Of a stretch of DNA of 64,000 bases, positions 1 to 9,711 are shown one piece after another (the first letter of the stretch is position 1; each line of letters starts with the position of its first letter). The DNA lies in assembly GCA_038320345.1 (NCBI GenBank), contig JBBQED010000001.1, positions 194,357 through 258,356 of the forward strand, read 5' to 3'. A program made the translations under genes and the position numbers. The DNA is from Bacteroidia bacterium (GTDB taxonomy: Bacteria > Bacteroidota > Bacteroidia > AKYH767-A > OLB10). The notes below the pieces were generated by a model. The model did not search any database. It was not told the DNA's origin and saw only the letters and a list, made by a program, of their open reading frames with translations.

Positions 1-2
1 TC

Positions 3-530
3 GCTGTAGATCTGGCTGCGATCATACTTGAAAAAGTAGTTCACAATAATATGATCCTTTATAATACTGCACTCCCACTCGAAACCTTGCTGGTTATCTC
101 CATTTACTATCCATTATTCAAATCAAAAGCTAAGAAAAATGCCATTTTGATTACTATACCACTGTTAGCAATTTTTTTTATTGCTGATATTGTTTTTTAT
201 AGCGGACTTGAAAACTGGAATGTATTTGCATTGATCTGTGGATTGATGGTAAGTTCAGTATTTATTTATATGTATTTAAAACAAGAAGTTGAAAATATTC
301 ACGCCAGGCCTCAGGACAATTTTATTTTTTGGTTTTCAAGTGGTATGCTTCTCGATAATTGCGGGAGTTCTCCGATGTTCTCCGTTTACCAATGGATCGG
401 TGATATCCGACCGGATTTAGGCAATGATTTACTTCGAATCACTGTTATGGTAATTTATTTATTATTTTTTCTGATTGTAACATTTGGATTATTATGGACA
501 AAGAGATTGGGAATGTTGCGTTCTTCTTGA
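3..530 (+). CDS. polytopic membrane protein, 5' end outside the window (possible input domain of the adjacent kinase)
   Basis: The frame is open from nt 3, with no stop before the first ATG at 51. The translation has 4-5 hydrophobic helices (LLVISIYYPLF, LLAIFFIADIVFY, ALICGLMVSSVFIYMY, VMVIYLLFFLIVTFGLLW). It ends 37 nt inside the kinase ORF, in another frame. Confidence 0.45.
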   Translation, partial: AVDLAAIILEKVVHNNMILYNTALPLETLLVISIYYPLFKSKAKKNAILITIPLLAIFFIADIVFYSGLENWNVFALICGLMVSSVFIYMYLKQEVENIHARPQDNFIFWFSSGMLLDNCGSSPMFSVYQWIGDIRPDLGNDLLRITVMVIYLLFFLIVTFGLLWTKRLGMLRSS

Positions 531-1285
531 TCGTTGTAACGTTTCTGATTGTCTTTCTGGTATTGCTGCTAATCAATCTGCTGCTTACTGGAAGAAATCG
601 GAAATTAAAACATCAAACAGAAGTTCTGGAAATTAAAGCTTCCATTGAAGAAGAAGTAAATCGTGTAAAAATTGAAGTCGCAGAATCTACACTAAACGAT
701 GTGGCACATGATCTCCATGATAACGTTGGACAATTGCTCACGTTTTCTATCATTCAGTTGAATAACTTGCGGCAAAATCCATTACTATCTGAAAACAATT
801 TAGTGGGTGAAGCCCGCGATTCTGTACAGGAAGCACTCCAATCTATTCGGAGCATATCAAAAGTATTAAGTCATGATTATATTTCTTCTTTCGGAATAAA
901 AGAAGCTACACAAAGAATCTTCGAAAGTCTAGAACGAAATAATGTTTTAAAAACGCAGTTGGATTTTCAGGACGATCTTGAGTTTGTTTCCTCCTCCAAT
1001 GAGCTTTTTGCTTTCCGTATAATTCAGGAATGTGTTAACAATACGATAAAACATGCCGAAGCTTCAGAAATAACTTTAAAAGTATCTTTGTTGGGTAATG
1101 AAATCCAAATCATTTATCAAGATAATGGAAAGGGGTCCGATAAGAATTTGGAAATTGAAAAACTGAAAAATGGCCTAGGCATGACTTCTATGCGAAAACG
1201 TGCCGAAATGATGAAAGGAACGTTTGAAATATCTCCGGCTGTTCCTCATGGTCTGAAAATTTTACTGGAATTCCCGAATTCCTGA
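494..1285 (+). CDS. sensor histidine kinase, HisKA_3 (NarX/DegS) class
   Basis: It has one TM helix (FFLIVVTFLIVFLVLLLINLLL) and a coiled-coil linker. The H-box is 'VAHDLHDNVGQLL', the N-box 'ECVNNTIKHA', and the G-boxes 'DNGKG' and 'GLGMTSMRKRAE'. Confidence 0.85.
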   Translation: MDKEIGNVAFFLIVVTFLIVFLVLLLINLLLTGRNRKLKHQTEVLEIKASIEEEVNRVKIEVAESTLNDVAHDLHDNVGQLLTFSIIQLNNLRQNPLLSENNLVGEARDSVQEALQSIRSISKVLSHDYISSFGIKEATQRIFESLERNNVLKTQLDFQDDLEFVSSSNELFAFRIIQECVNNTIKHAEASEITLKVSLLGNEIQIIYQDNGKGSDKNLEIEKLKNGLGMTSMRKRAEMMKGTFEISPAVPHGLKILLEFPNS

Positions 1286-1302
1286 CTTCAATCTGATTAA
1301 AT

Positions 1303-1977
1303 ATGTCCATTACAGTAGCTCTAGTAGATGATCATACCCTCGTAAGGCGCGGGATAAAATTGCTGATCGAAAACTTGAAAGATTTCACAGTTATTATGGA
1401 AGCATCTAATGGAAAAGATTTTCTAGATCAGATAGAAGTAGCAATAGAAAGGCCGCAAATTATTTTGATGGATGTAAATATGCCTGTTATGGGCGGATTA
1501 GATACCATTAAAATTTTACACAGTCGATACGCTGATCTGAAAATTATTGCACTCTCCGTGAGTACGGATATGAAAAATATTCGTGAAATGATACAAGCCG
1601 GATCGCATGCATATCTTTTTAAAGATGCGCTCCCAGAAGTTATGCATCAAGTAATACTACAAGTTTTTGAAAAAGGCTTTTATTATGATAAATTTGTAAT
1701 TGAAAGTTTAGTAAAAGCTGAAGACACTACATCAAAAAAATATCGTCAACAAAATACTGTACAGCTTCGTCATCTGCAGGAAAGCATAACGGGTAGAGAG
1801 CTGGAATTTATTAAATTGTGCTGCACCGAACTCCCCTATAAAGAAATTGCAGACCAAATGGATATTAGTATAAGAACCGTAGATGGATACCGTGAAGCTG
1901 TTTTTGAGAAACTAAGTGTGAAATCAAGAATAGGGCTTGTACTCTTTGCTGTAACTTCTGGTTTAATAGAACTTTGA
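1303..1977 (+). CDS. response regulator, NarL/LuxR family (REC + GerE-type HTH)
   Basis: The receiver domain shows 'VALVDDHTLVRRG' and 'ILMDVNMPVMGG'. The C-terminal HTH is 'ELEFIKLCCTELPYKEIADQMDISIRTVDGYREAVFEKL'. It starts 17 nt after the kinase stop. Confidence 0.9.
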   Translation: MSITVALVDDHTLVRRGIKLLIENLKDFTVIMEASNGKDFLDQIEVAIERPQIILMDVNMPVMGGLDTIKILHSRYADLKIIALSVSTDMKNIREMIQAGSHAYLFKDALPEVMHQVILQVFEKGFYYDKFVIESLVKAEDTTSKKYRQQNTVQLRHLQESITGRELEFIKLCCTELPYKEIADQMDISIRTVDGYREAVFEKLSVKSRIGLVLFAVTSGLIEL

Positions 1978-2060
1978 AAAAGACGCCCTAAGTTCTCTGG
2001 ATCCTACTTTTTTGATTTGAAATAATTTTTGGATATTTTCACTGATTGAATCAATGTACT

Positions 2061-2825
2061 ATGCTCAGAAATCAACTAATAAAGAGTCGAAAAAATCATA
2101 GTAAGATCAAATGGAGGAGTCATGAAGTACTCCGCATTGAAGGATTCAGTGATGCCGTTTTTGCATTTGCAATGACTTTACTCGTGGTTTCACTCGAAGT
2201 ACCCGAAACTTTTTCAGAAATGAAACATGGATTGTATGGTGTATTTGGCTTCGCCATTTGCTTCATAATGCTCTTCATGATCTGGTATGAACAGTATATC
2301 TATTTCAGGTTGTTTAGTTTGAATGATTTAAGAACGATAGTGTTGAATGCACTTCTTCTTTTCGTGGTGTTGATCTATGTTTATCCCTTGAAATTTCTCT
2401 TTTCTCTCTTAACAATGGGTAATAGTTTTGAACATGATGGTGTAATGATGCAAAGGATTCAGAATTCGGACGAGATCCGAGAACTGATGGTAATTTATTC
2501 ATCCGGATTTTGCCTCGTATACTTTGTACTTTTTTTGTTATACTTAAATGCCTATAAAAAAAGAGCGGTGATCGGACTTAATGCAATTGAAAGTTATTGT
2601 ACAAAATCTGAGATCTATAAACATATCACTATGATTAGTATCGGAATGTTTTCGTTAGTTCTTTCCTGTATCTTAAATGATGGCTATGCCGGTTTATCTG
2701 GTATGGCATATATGATTATTGGACCAGCATTAGGTATACTCTTTTCCTTCCGGAGTAAGCAGCTAAAAAAGATTTTTACTGCAGAGGAAATAGCAGCTCA
2801 TGAAAGCTGGTTACACGAAGAATGA
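2061..2825 (+). CDS. TMEM175/DUF1211-family potassium channel-like membrane protein
   Basis: The TM1 signature 'RIEGFSDAVFAFAMTLLVVSLEVP' matches the RxxxFSD motif. About six helices are predicted. The track start at 2046 is TTG; the first in-frame ATG is 2061. Confidence 0.75.
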   Translation: MLRNQLIKSRKNHSKIKWRSHEVLRIEGFSDAVFAFAMTLLVVSLEVPETFSEMKHGLYGVFGFAICFIMLFMIWYEQYIYFRLFSLNDLRTIVLNALLLFVVLIYVYPLKFLFSLLTMGNSFEHDGVMMQRIQNSDEIRELMVIYSSGFCLVYFVLFLLYLNAYKKRAVIGLNAIESYCTKSEIYKHITMISIGMFSLVLSCILNDGYAGLSGMAYMIIGPALGILFSFRSKQLKKIFTAEEIAAHESWLHEE

Positions 2826-2842
2826 AGATTTCTCTAAACCAA

Positions 2843-3337
2843 TCAAGCCCATTGGCAGAGAATCCCGCCCATTAATGCAAAGCTAATTATCCAGAACCCA
2901 GAAACAACGAATATATACTTTACACTTCTGCGTTCATAAATCGCATTAGTGGCAATAATTGGAAGTATTAATGCGATACCTGCAAATGTTCCGTGAAACG
3001 CACCATGCTTAAAAGTTCGGTAATTTCGTCCGTACTTATCGATGAAATTTTTCATCATGATTGATAATTCAGAATCTGGATTTTTCAAATCTGGATCGCC
3101 CATTACAATGGATTGCAGATGGAACTGATGAATCACCAGCATCTGTAACATTACAGCTATTAGGAAACTAAAAATAAAAGTGAGGATAAGGGTCTTTGCC
3201 ATATTGGCGCCTTTCATACTTTCAAGGGTAAGGCCGGATTCTCTCATCCAAATGTTTCCAAATACTTTAGGATTGTACCAGATAAAGCCCATGATCATTG
3301 GGACGAGGGCTGCAATCAAAATAACGGGGAAGTTCAT
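2843..3337 (-). CDS. DUF1761-like small membrane protein
   Basis: The N-terminus 'MNFPVILIAALVPMIMGFIWYNPKVFGNIWM' and four hydrophobic helices resemble DUF1761. This assignment is from memory only. Confidence 0.5.
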   Translation of the reverse strand: MNFPVILIAALVPMIMGFIWYNPKVFGNIWMRESGLTLESMKGANMAKTLILTFIFSFLIAVMLQMLVIHQFHLQSIVMGDPDLKNPDSELSIMMKNFIDKYGRNYRTFKHGAFHGTFAGIALILPIIATNAIYERRSVKYIFVVSGFWIISFALMGGILCQWA

Positions 3338-3668
3338 AGGTAGGTGGTTTTTAGGTAGGGTGAAAGTATATCATTATTTCTTGTACTCCAAATTTGCTCC
3401 CGTGGAGACTAGTTTCCTCCCTTCGCCTTAAAACAATGCTTCCGCCAACACAACCTTCACTTCCGCCAATCTATTAAATTCTGTTGTAAAAAAAATTTAA
3501 AAGATTTCGTGAATATAAAATGAAAATAGTTTTGTAAAGTCAAATAAATATGAGTAGCATTGTCACAAATCTGTATAGTACCTAACCCTTACTAACCAAA
3601 ACCATTACAATCCTTGTGATCATTAAAAACGCGGGGAGATTTCTAAACGAAGTTTTAGTTGACCTTTA

Positions 3669-3707
3669 ATCCTAATAATAAAATAATATTTATTTTGTTA
3701 TTAGGAT
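3669..3707. repeat. 39-nt inverted repeat / hairpin (18-bp arms, 3-nt loop, one T-G pair)
   Basis: The left arm ATCCTAATAATAAAATAA (3669-3686) pairs with TTATTTTGTTATTAGGAT (3690-3707). It lies 125 nt upstream of the ATG at 3832. Confidence 0.7.
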
Positions 3708-3831
3708 GACATTTGTCTTATACATATTTTTCAAGTTTATGCTTTTATTTACGATTAGAAACTACAATTTCTAGGGCTCTAAACATTTCTTAAGATTTAT
3801 TAATTAATTTAAATAGCCTCTATTTTTTGGC

Positions 3832-6800
3832 ATGATATTTATTAAGCCTTTCCTGATTCTGTTTCGTTATTTACTTCCTAATCTAAAACCTATTACCATG
3901 AACAAAGGCATCTTCAACCTCTGCATCCGGGAATGTATTACAGATTGGATAACAGTATCACAAAGGGAAATAATAAAATATAGTGTATTTTTTTTATTGG
4001 TGTTAATTAATAATGGTGGATTTTCACAGGGTGTAATCCCAACAAAAGGAAAAGACTTTTGGCTTGGATTTCCTTATAATCCGCAATTTGGCTCCTTTAT
4101 AAAGAGGTGTGATATTTTCATTACCTCAGAGGTAAATACCACCGGAACAATTACTATCCCATTACAAGGATATTCTCAGACCTTCACCGTTCTCGCCAAC
4201 CAAACTACAACAGTTACGCTTCCGCCAAATATTGTAGAACATTCTACTTCCGAAGTTAAAGAGAGTAAAGGAATAGAAATTATTACTAACGATACTGTAA
4301 GTGTTTTTGCAATCTCCTTTCAGCAATACACCGCTGATGGAACTGTTGTTTATCCTAAACAATCTTTAGGGACAGAATATCGAATCAGCAGTTACAAAGG
4401 ATTAAGTAATTATAGTCCGCCTAATTTAAATTCCGACTTACTCATTGTTGCAACGGAAGATGGCACTCAATTTAACATTACTCCTACAGTATCTACCCTA
4501 GGTGGAAAACCCGCTGGAGTCCCTTTCACTGTGAATCTGAATGCGGGACAATCTTATCAATTACTTTCGTCGAGTTACTCTAACGACCTTACTGGAACTC
4601 TTATAAAATCTACCGATAGTAGCGGCTCATGTAGGCCATTTGCTGTCTTTTCAGGTTCTACCTGTGTAAATATTCCTTCGGGTTGTACTGCTTGCGATAT
4701 ATTGTTTGATCAAGCTATCCCAGTGCCAAATTGGGGCAAGATTTACTATTCTGTTCCCTTCGCATTTGCAACTAGCTATACCATACGAATTCTTGCGGAT
4801 CAAAATTCTTCATTGGTAACTATTGATGGCGGTGCGCCAATCACTTTAAATGCTGGTCAGTTTACGGAGATAAATAATGTTATCGGTACTCGATGTATTA
4901 ATTCAAACAAGCCTATCTCCGTAATTCAGTACATGCAGGGGGTAAGTTGTTCTGGAGCAGGGGATCCGTCGATGATGTATCTGAATGCGCAGGAACAAAA
5001 AATTGATAAAGTTGTTTTCAGTACGGTCACTTCCACTGTGATTACTCAACATAACGTAAATGTTATTATGAATACTGCAGATATTGGTCAACTTAAACTT
5101 GATGGAATATCGGTAGCTTCCAATCTCTTCAATACGGTAAATTATTGCACAGCTGTTTCGTATGTCAAACTATCGCTCACTCAAGGAAGTCATATGCTTG
5201 AAGCGGATAGTGGATTTACGGCCTATGTATATGGTACGGGTAGTGCAGAGAGTTATGCGTACTCCGTAGGATCCTATTCAAAAAGTTCACCTATCCAAAT
5301 TGATTCTATCACTTGCTCTTCCGATACTATACACCTCGGATCTCAGAATATTTTGTTTGGTTCTTGGTGGTCAGAAAGTGCTGCTCCGAATGATACCATT
5401 GGTATAGGTGCTGTACTCACACTTACCCCTCCCATTCTTCCAGGTACTTATATTCAACATGGCAACGAATTTATTTCCGGTTGTGAGAAAAATTTCTATT
5501 ATGAAGTAGAAGTTCCAGATCCTCCACAATTATTAATCTCATCAATATCGGATTCTGTTTGTGTAAATCAACAAGTACAATTAGGCGTCACGCTTACTCC
5601 AGCAAGTTCTAATTATTTATATTCATGGTCGCCGGCAGTAGGTTTAAGCAATCCTAATAGCGCCAATCCGATTTTAACAGCAACAGTTAGTGGATGGTAT
5701 AAAGTGGCGGTTTCTTCTCCCAATGGTTGTGCTAATACTGTTTACGATAGTGTATACATTTATGTTTTACAACTTCCATTGCCATCTGTAAATATAAACG
5801 GAGCGCAATCCATTTGTCCAGGTGATACTGTTACATTAACCACTTCCAGTAATCTAAGTTATACATGGTTTCCGGGAGGTTCTACCGATAGTAGTATTGT
5901 GGTATCACCACTAATCACTACTGCTTATATTTTGTATGTTACGGATAGCAATGGTTGCGTTAACAGCGATACTCTTCAGATTACAGTTAAACCGATTCCT
6001 TCTGCAAATGCGGGTCTTGATCGCGCTATTTGTTTGGGGCAATCTACAACATTGTCTGCCGTGGGAGGTGTATCTTATCAATGGAATAACGGATTGTTTA
6101 CGGGTAATACAATTTCAGTTTCTCCCGCTTCAACTGTTGATTATATCGTAGAGGTAACTGGAGCAAATGGATGTGTCGATTTCGACACGGTTACCGTTAC
6201 TGTAAATCCTTTGCCTCTTGTAAATGCCGGTATCGATCAAACTATTTGCTATGGGGATAGTGCTTCCTTAAATGGCAACGGAGGAGGACTTTTTTATTGG
6301 TCTCCGAGTGGTCTAGCAAATGGCACAATTACAGTATCTCCAATGTTGACTACGAATTATATATTAAGAGTTACTGATCTGCTCGGATGTAGGAATTTTG
6401 ACACCGCTACCGTTTTTGTGCTCCCACTTCCTATTGCTAATGCTGGTCCTGATCGTACGATTTGTTTGGGTGACACAATAACTTTATATGCAAGTGGTGG
6501 TGTTTCTTTTCTTTGGAATTATAATGCAACAGCAGCTGATAGTATTACCATTTCTCCTTTGACTACAACAACCTATTCTGTGACAGTCACCGATTCCAAT
6601 CTTTGCCATCGTTCAGATAGTGCTCGTGTTTTTGTAAACCCACTTCCTCTAGCAAATGCTGGTGCGGATATCTCCTTTTGCGAAGGGCTTACATCCACTC
6701 TTACGGCAGTTCCGAGTGGACTTGTGTATTTATGGAATCCTGGAAATTTTAATACTTCATCAATCCAAATCTCACCAATCATCACAACTGATTACCAGCT

Positions 6801-8742
6801 AGAAGTAATAGATGCTAATGGATGTATAAATTTTGATACGGTGCATGTCGAAATTTTTCCGAAAGCAATTGCAACAGCCGGTCCTGATCAAACCATTTGC
6901 TCGGGAAGTTCAGCACAATTATTTGCAAATGGTGGAGTTTCTTTCCTCTGGACACCGAGTAACTTAACAAATGATTCTATTATTGTTAGTCCTGGCATAA
7001 CTACAGACTATGAACTAAAAGTAACTGATGTCAATGGCTGTCTCGCAACAGATACCGTAACCATCTATGTAGACCCCGCAATTTCCGGCTCATTGAATTT
7101 CGTATCCATTTGCATTGGAAACAATATTCAACTTACGGATTCAGGAGGTGTAAACTATAATTGGAGTCCAGGTGGTAGTAATAGCAATAGTATAATAGTA
7201 TCACCAACTACTACAACGACCTATATCGTTGATTTTAATACTCCAGTTGGCTGTCAAGTAATAGATAGTACAACTGTAATTGTAAACCCTTTGCCGCTCG
7301 CGTTCGCCGGATCAGATTTCTCAATTTGTTTGGGAGATCCGGTGAATTTGAGTGCTTCCGGTGGTGTAAGTTATTTATGGCTCAACATCGGCGATACCTC
7401 CTCTGTAATAACCTTAACTCCTAGCACAACAATGAATTATAGTGTAGCTGTCACAGATATTAATGGATGCGTTTCTGTTGATTCTGTTCGGGTACAAGTA
7501 AATAATTTACCCATAGCAAATGCAGGAAATGATCAAACCATCTGTATCGGAAATACAGCTACATTATTAGCTTCGGGAGGAGCTGTTTATCTGTGGATGC
7601 CAGGAAATAATTCAGGAGCGCAATATTCTGTTTCACCAATTACCAATACTAACTACACGGTGATGGTTACAGATACGAATGGATGTATCAATACCGATAC
7701 GCTACTTGTTGAAGTAATACCTTCTCCAGATGTTGTCTTTAGTGCTTCAGCATCCGCTTGTGAAAACATTCCTGTGCAGCTTTCCAACCTTACACAAGGT
7801 GTTGTTGTTAATACTTATTGGAATTTTGGAGATGGCACTTCTTCTTTTCTCAACAATCCATCGCACTTATTTCTTGATGATGATGAGTATGTGGTAAACT
7901 TACAAGTGACTAATGACTATGGATGTAGTGATAGTGCATCAGCAATCATTAAAATAAACCCAGTACCGATAATTGATTTCAGTACTACTACAGTATGTTT
8001 GGGAGAAGTTACTTCCTTTAAAAATATTTCTGAAGTTTCTAGCGGTTCGATATTACAATGGTTCTGGCAGCTAGGAGATGGTACCACTGAAACACAATTT
8101 GAACCTTTACATATTTATCCTTACTCCGGAGATTTTGATATTTCGTTAACAGCAACTTCCGATTCGGGATGCTCATCCACTGCCCTTAGTCCTCAGGCTG
8201 TAGTAGTAAGACCATTACCGGAAGCAGGATTTACTTCTGCACCAAATCCAGTATCCATCCTGAATCCAGTAGTGCATTTCTCTGATAAAAGTAGTAACGC
8301 AATTGCTTGGCAATGGAGTTTTGGAGATGGATATAGTGGCTCTGAATTAAGGAATCCGCAATATCAATATAGTGATACCGGAATTTTTAATGTTCAGCAG
8401 ATTGTTACCAATCAATACGGATGTCTGGATACTAGCTATAATGAAATTTATGTAGCCCCATATTTTACTTTGTACATTCCAAATGCATTCACCCCTAATG
8501 GTGATGATAAAAATGAAGAATTTAAAGCTAAGGGAATCGGTGCTGGCGATTTTGAAATGTCGATTTTTGATCGTTGGGGACAACTTGTTTATCATTCAAA
8601 GAATATAGAAAATTCATGGAATGGTAAGATGGAAAATAACAGCGAAGATTGTCAAGTAGGCGTGTACATTTATAAAGTGAATGTGAATGATTATCTCCAT
8701 GTAAGACATCAATTTGAAGGAACATTGAGTTTGATCCGCTAA
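3832..8742 (+). CDS. giant surface adhesin: IgGFc-binding-like N-terminal domain, ten Cys-containing Ig-like modules, three PKD domains, T9SS type B (gliding motility-associated, CHU_C) C-terminal domain
   Basis: The N-terminus 'KGKDFWLGFPYN' follows a signal-like segment. The repeats follow 'PLPxANAGxDxxIC.G....L.A.GGVSY.W......I.VSP..TT.Y.V.VTD.NGC..DTV.V.V'. The PKD motifs are 'WNFGDGT', 'WQLGDGT' and 'WSFGDG'. The C-terminus is 'IPNAFTPNGDDKNEEF...IFDRWGQLVY...WNGK...GVYIYKV'. An alternative start is the ATG at 3898. Confidence 0.85.
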   Translation: MIFIKPFLILFRYLLPNLKPITMNKGIFNLCIRECITDWITVSQREIIKYSVFFLLVLINNGGFSQGVIPTKGKDFWLGFPYNPQFGSFIKRCDIFITSEVNTTGTITIPLQGYSQTFTVLANQTTTVTLPPNIVEHSTSEVKESKGIEIITNDTVSVFAISFQQYTADGTVVYPKQSLGTEYRISSYKGLSNYSPPNLNSDLLIVATEDGTQFNITPTVSTLGGKPAGVPFTVNLNAGQSYQLLSSSYSNDLTGTLIKSTDSSGSCRPFAVFSGSTCVNIPSGCTACDILFDQAIPVPNWGKIYYSVPFAFATSYTIRILADQNSSLVTIDGGAPITLNAGQFTEINNVIGTRCINSNKPISVIQYMQGVSCSGAGDPSMMYLNAQEQKIDKVVFSTVTSTVITQHNVNVIMNTADIGQLKLDGISVASNLFNTVNYCTAVSYVKLSLTQGSHMLEADSGFTAYVYGTGSAESYAYSVGSYSKSSPIQIDSITCSSDTIHLGSQNILFGSWWSESAAPNDTIGIGAVLTLTPPILPGTYIQHGNEFISGCEKNFYYEVEVPDPPQLLISSISDSVCVNQQVQLGVTLTPASSNYLYSWSPAVGLSNPNSANPILTATVSGWYKVAVSSPNGCANTVYDSVYIYVLQLPLPSVNINGAQSICPGDTVTLTTSSNLSYTWFPGGSTDSSIVVSPLITTAYILYVTDSNGCVNSDTLQITVKPIPSANAGLDRAICLGQSTTLSAVGGVSYQWNNGLFTGNTISVSPASTVDYIVEVTGANGCVDFDTVTVTVNPLPLVNAGIDQTICYGDSASLNGNGGGLFYWSPSGLANGTITVSPMLTTNYILRVTDLLGCRNFDTATVFVLPLPIANAGPDRTICLGDTITLYASGGVSFLWNYNATAADSITISPLTTTTYSVTVTDSNLCHRSDSARVFVNPLPLANAGADISFCEGLTSTLTAVPSGLVYLWNPGNFNTSSIQISPIITTDYQLEVIDANGCINFDTVHVEIFPKAIATAGPDQTICSGSSAQLFANGGVSFLWTPSNLTNDSIIVSPGITTDYELKVTDVNGCLATDTVTIYVDPAISGSLNFVSICIGNNIQLTDSGGVNYNWSPGGSNSNSIIVSPTTTTTYIVDFNTPVGCQVIDSTTVIVNPLPLAFAGSDFSICLGDPVNLSASGGVSYLWLNIGDTSSVITLTPSTTMNYSVAVTDINGCVSVDSVRVQVNNLPIANAGNDQTICIGNTATLLASGGAVYLWMPGNNSGAQYSVSPITNTNYTVMVTDTNGCINTDTLLVEVIPSPDVVFSASASACENIPVQLSNLTQGVVVNTYWNFGDGTSSFLNNPSHLFLDDDEYVVNLQVTNDYGCSDSASAIIKINPVPIIDFSTTTVCLGEVTSFKNISEVSSGSILQWFWQLGDGTTETQFEPLHIYPYSGDFDISLTATSDSGCSSTALSPQAVVVRPLPEAGFTSAPNPVSILNPVVHFSDKSSNAIAWQWSFGDGYSGSELRNPQYQYSDTGIFNVQQIVTNQYGCLDTSYNEIYVAPYFTLYIPNAFTPNGDDKNEEFKAKGIGAGDFEMSIFDRWGQLVYHSKNIENSWNGKMENNSEDCQVGVYIYKVNVNDYLHVRHQFEGTLSLIR
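5515..7716 (+). repeat. ten tandem coding repeats of about 73 aa (about 220 nt) inside the adhesin gene
   Basis: Units were counted by eye from 'PDPPQLLISSISDSVC' to 'CINTDTLLVEV'. Each has a conserved Cys near the start and an 'NGC' near the end. Confidence 0.8.
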
Positions 8743-9069
8743 AAAATATCAATGCTTGTGAATGGATATTGTAGAGTTTCGAAAACATAATTACCCCATT
8801 CAAATAGGATGACCTCGATTACAGACTGTGAAATAGCCGAATATTCTATTAGTTCTTATCCTGCTTTATAAACAATATAAAGGTTAGCATCTAGTCGATA
8901 TAAACCGAAAATACTTAGAATCGAAGTGTCTCTAATGATTCAATAATCCATCAAGAGCTTCAAGTATGCACTCAGTAAACGAAACAACTTCTATGCAATC
9001 AACTCTAATATCATCAGATAAAAAGAAAATTGAAAAGTCCAGTGTATTAATTTGTACGTTCTAGAGTGA

Positions 9070-9543
9070 TCATTCTTGATCAAATGCTCTTTGGAGTGTT
9101 GCGATATCCAACTTATCCATTTTCAACATAGCCTGCATCACACGACCAGCCTTTTCTTTATCAGGATCACTCATCAACTTTCCTAATAGGGTAGGTACAA
9201 TCTGCCACGAGATGCCAAACTTATCTTTCAACCAAGCGCAGCGTTGCTTTTCACCACCCTCCGAAAGCTTTTCCCAGTAATAATCTACTTCGGTTTGATG
9301 TTCGCACATCACCACTAATGAAATAGCGGGATTAAAAGTGAACATCGGACCTCCATTCAATACATTGAACCTCTGTCCTTCCAATTCAAAAGAAGCCACA
9401 AGTACAGATCCCTCCGGACCTGGTCCGCCTTTACCATACCTGGAAATACTTAGGGATTTAGAATTTTTGAAGACTGACATATAAAAATCCATCGCCTCTT
9501 CGGCATTATTGTTAAACCATAAAAACGGAATGATCTTTTGCAT
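9070..9543 (-). CDS. VOC-superfamily protein, PhnB / 3-demethylubiquinone-9 3-methyltransferase-domain type
   Basis: The N-terminus 'MQKIIPFLWFNNNAEEAMDFYMSVFKNSK' is characteristic of this family, and the length is about 157 aa. Confidence 0.75.
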   Translation of the reverse strand: MQKIIPFLWFNNNAEEAMDFYMSVFKNSKSLSISRYGKGGPGPEGSVLVASFELEGQRFNVLNGGPMFTFNPAISLVVMCEHQTEVDYYWEKLSEGGEKQRCAWLKDKFGISWQIVPTLLGKLMSDPDKEKAGRVMQAMLKMDKLDIATLQRAFDQE

Positions 9544-9711
9544 ATCGTTAAATATTAAAATGAACTATTGAATTAATTTGATCACGAAAATACTCGCGAA
9601 AACAACACAAACGAGGGTCGAATGGCGACAATTTAAAGGGCTGATAACGACAAATACACAGGAAAACTTAAGGTTAGAATAAACTAAAGTAAGTTCAAGC
9701 AATAAAATATC

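Noticed and set aside
3180-3431. Several short ORFs run from genes into intergenic DNA: 3180-3431, 8528-8803, 11362-11568, 13659-13859, 49966-50196 and 60029-60262.
   Set aside because: Each mostly overlaps a better-supported gene in another frame or strand and has no recognisable features. The intergenic parts are very short.
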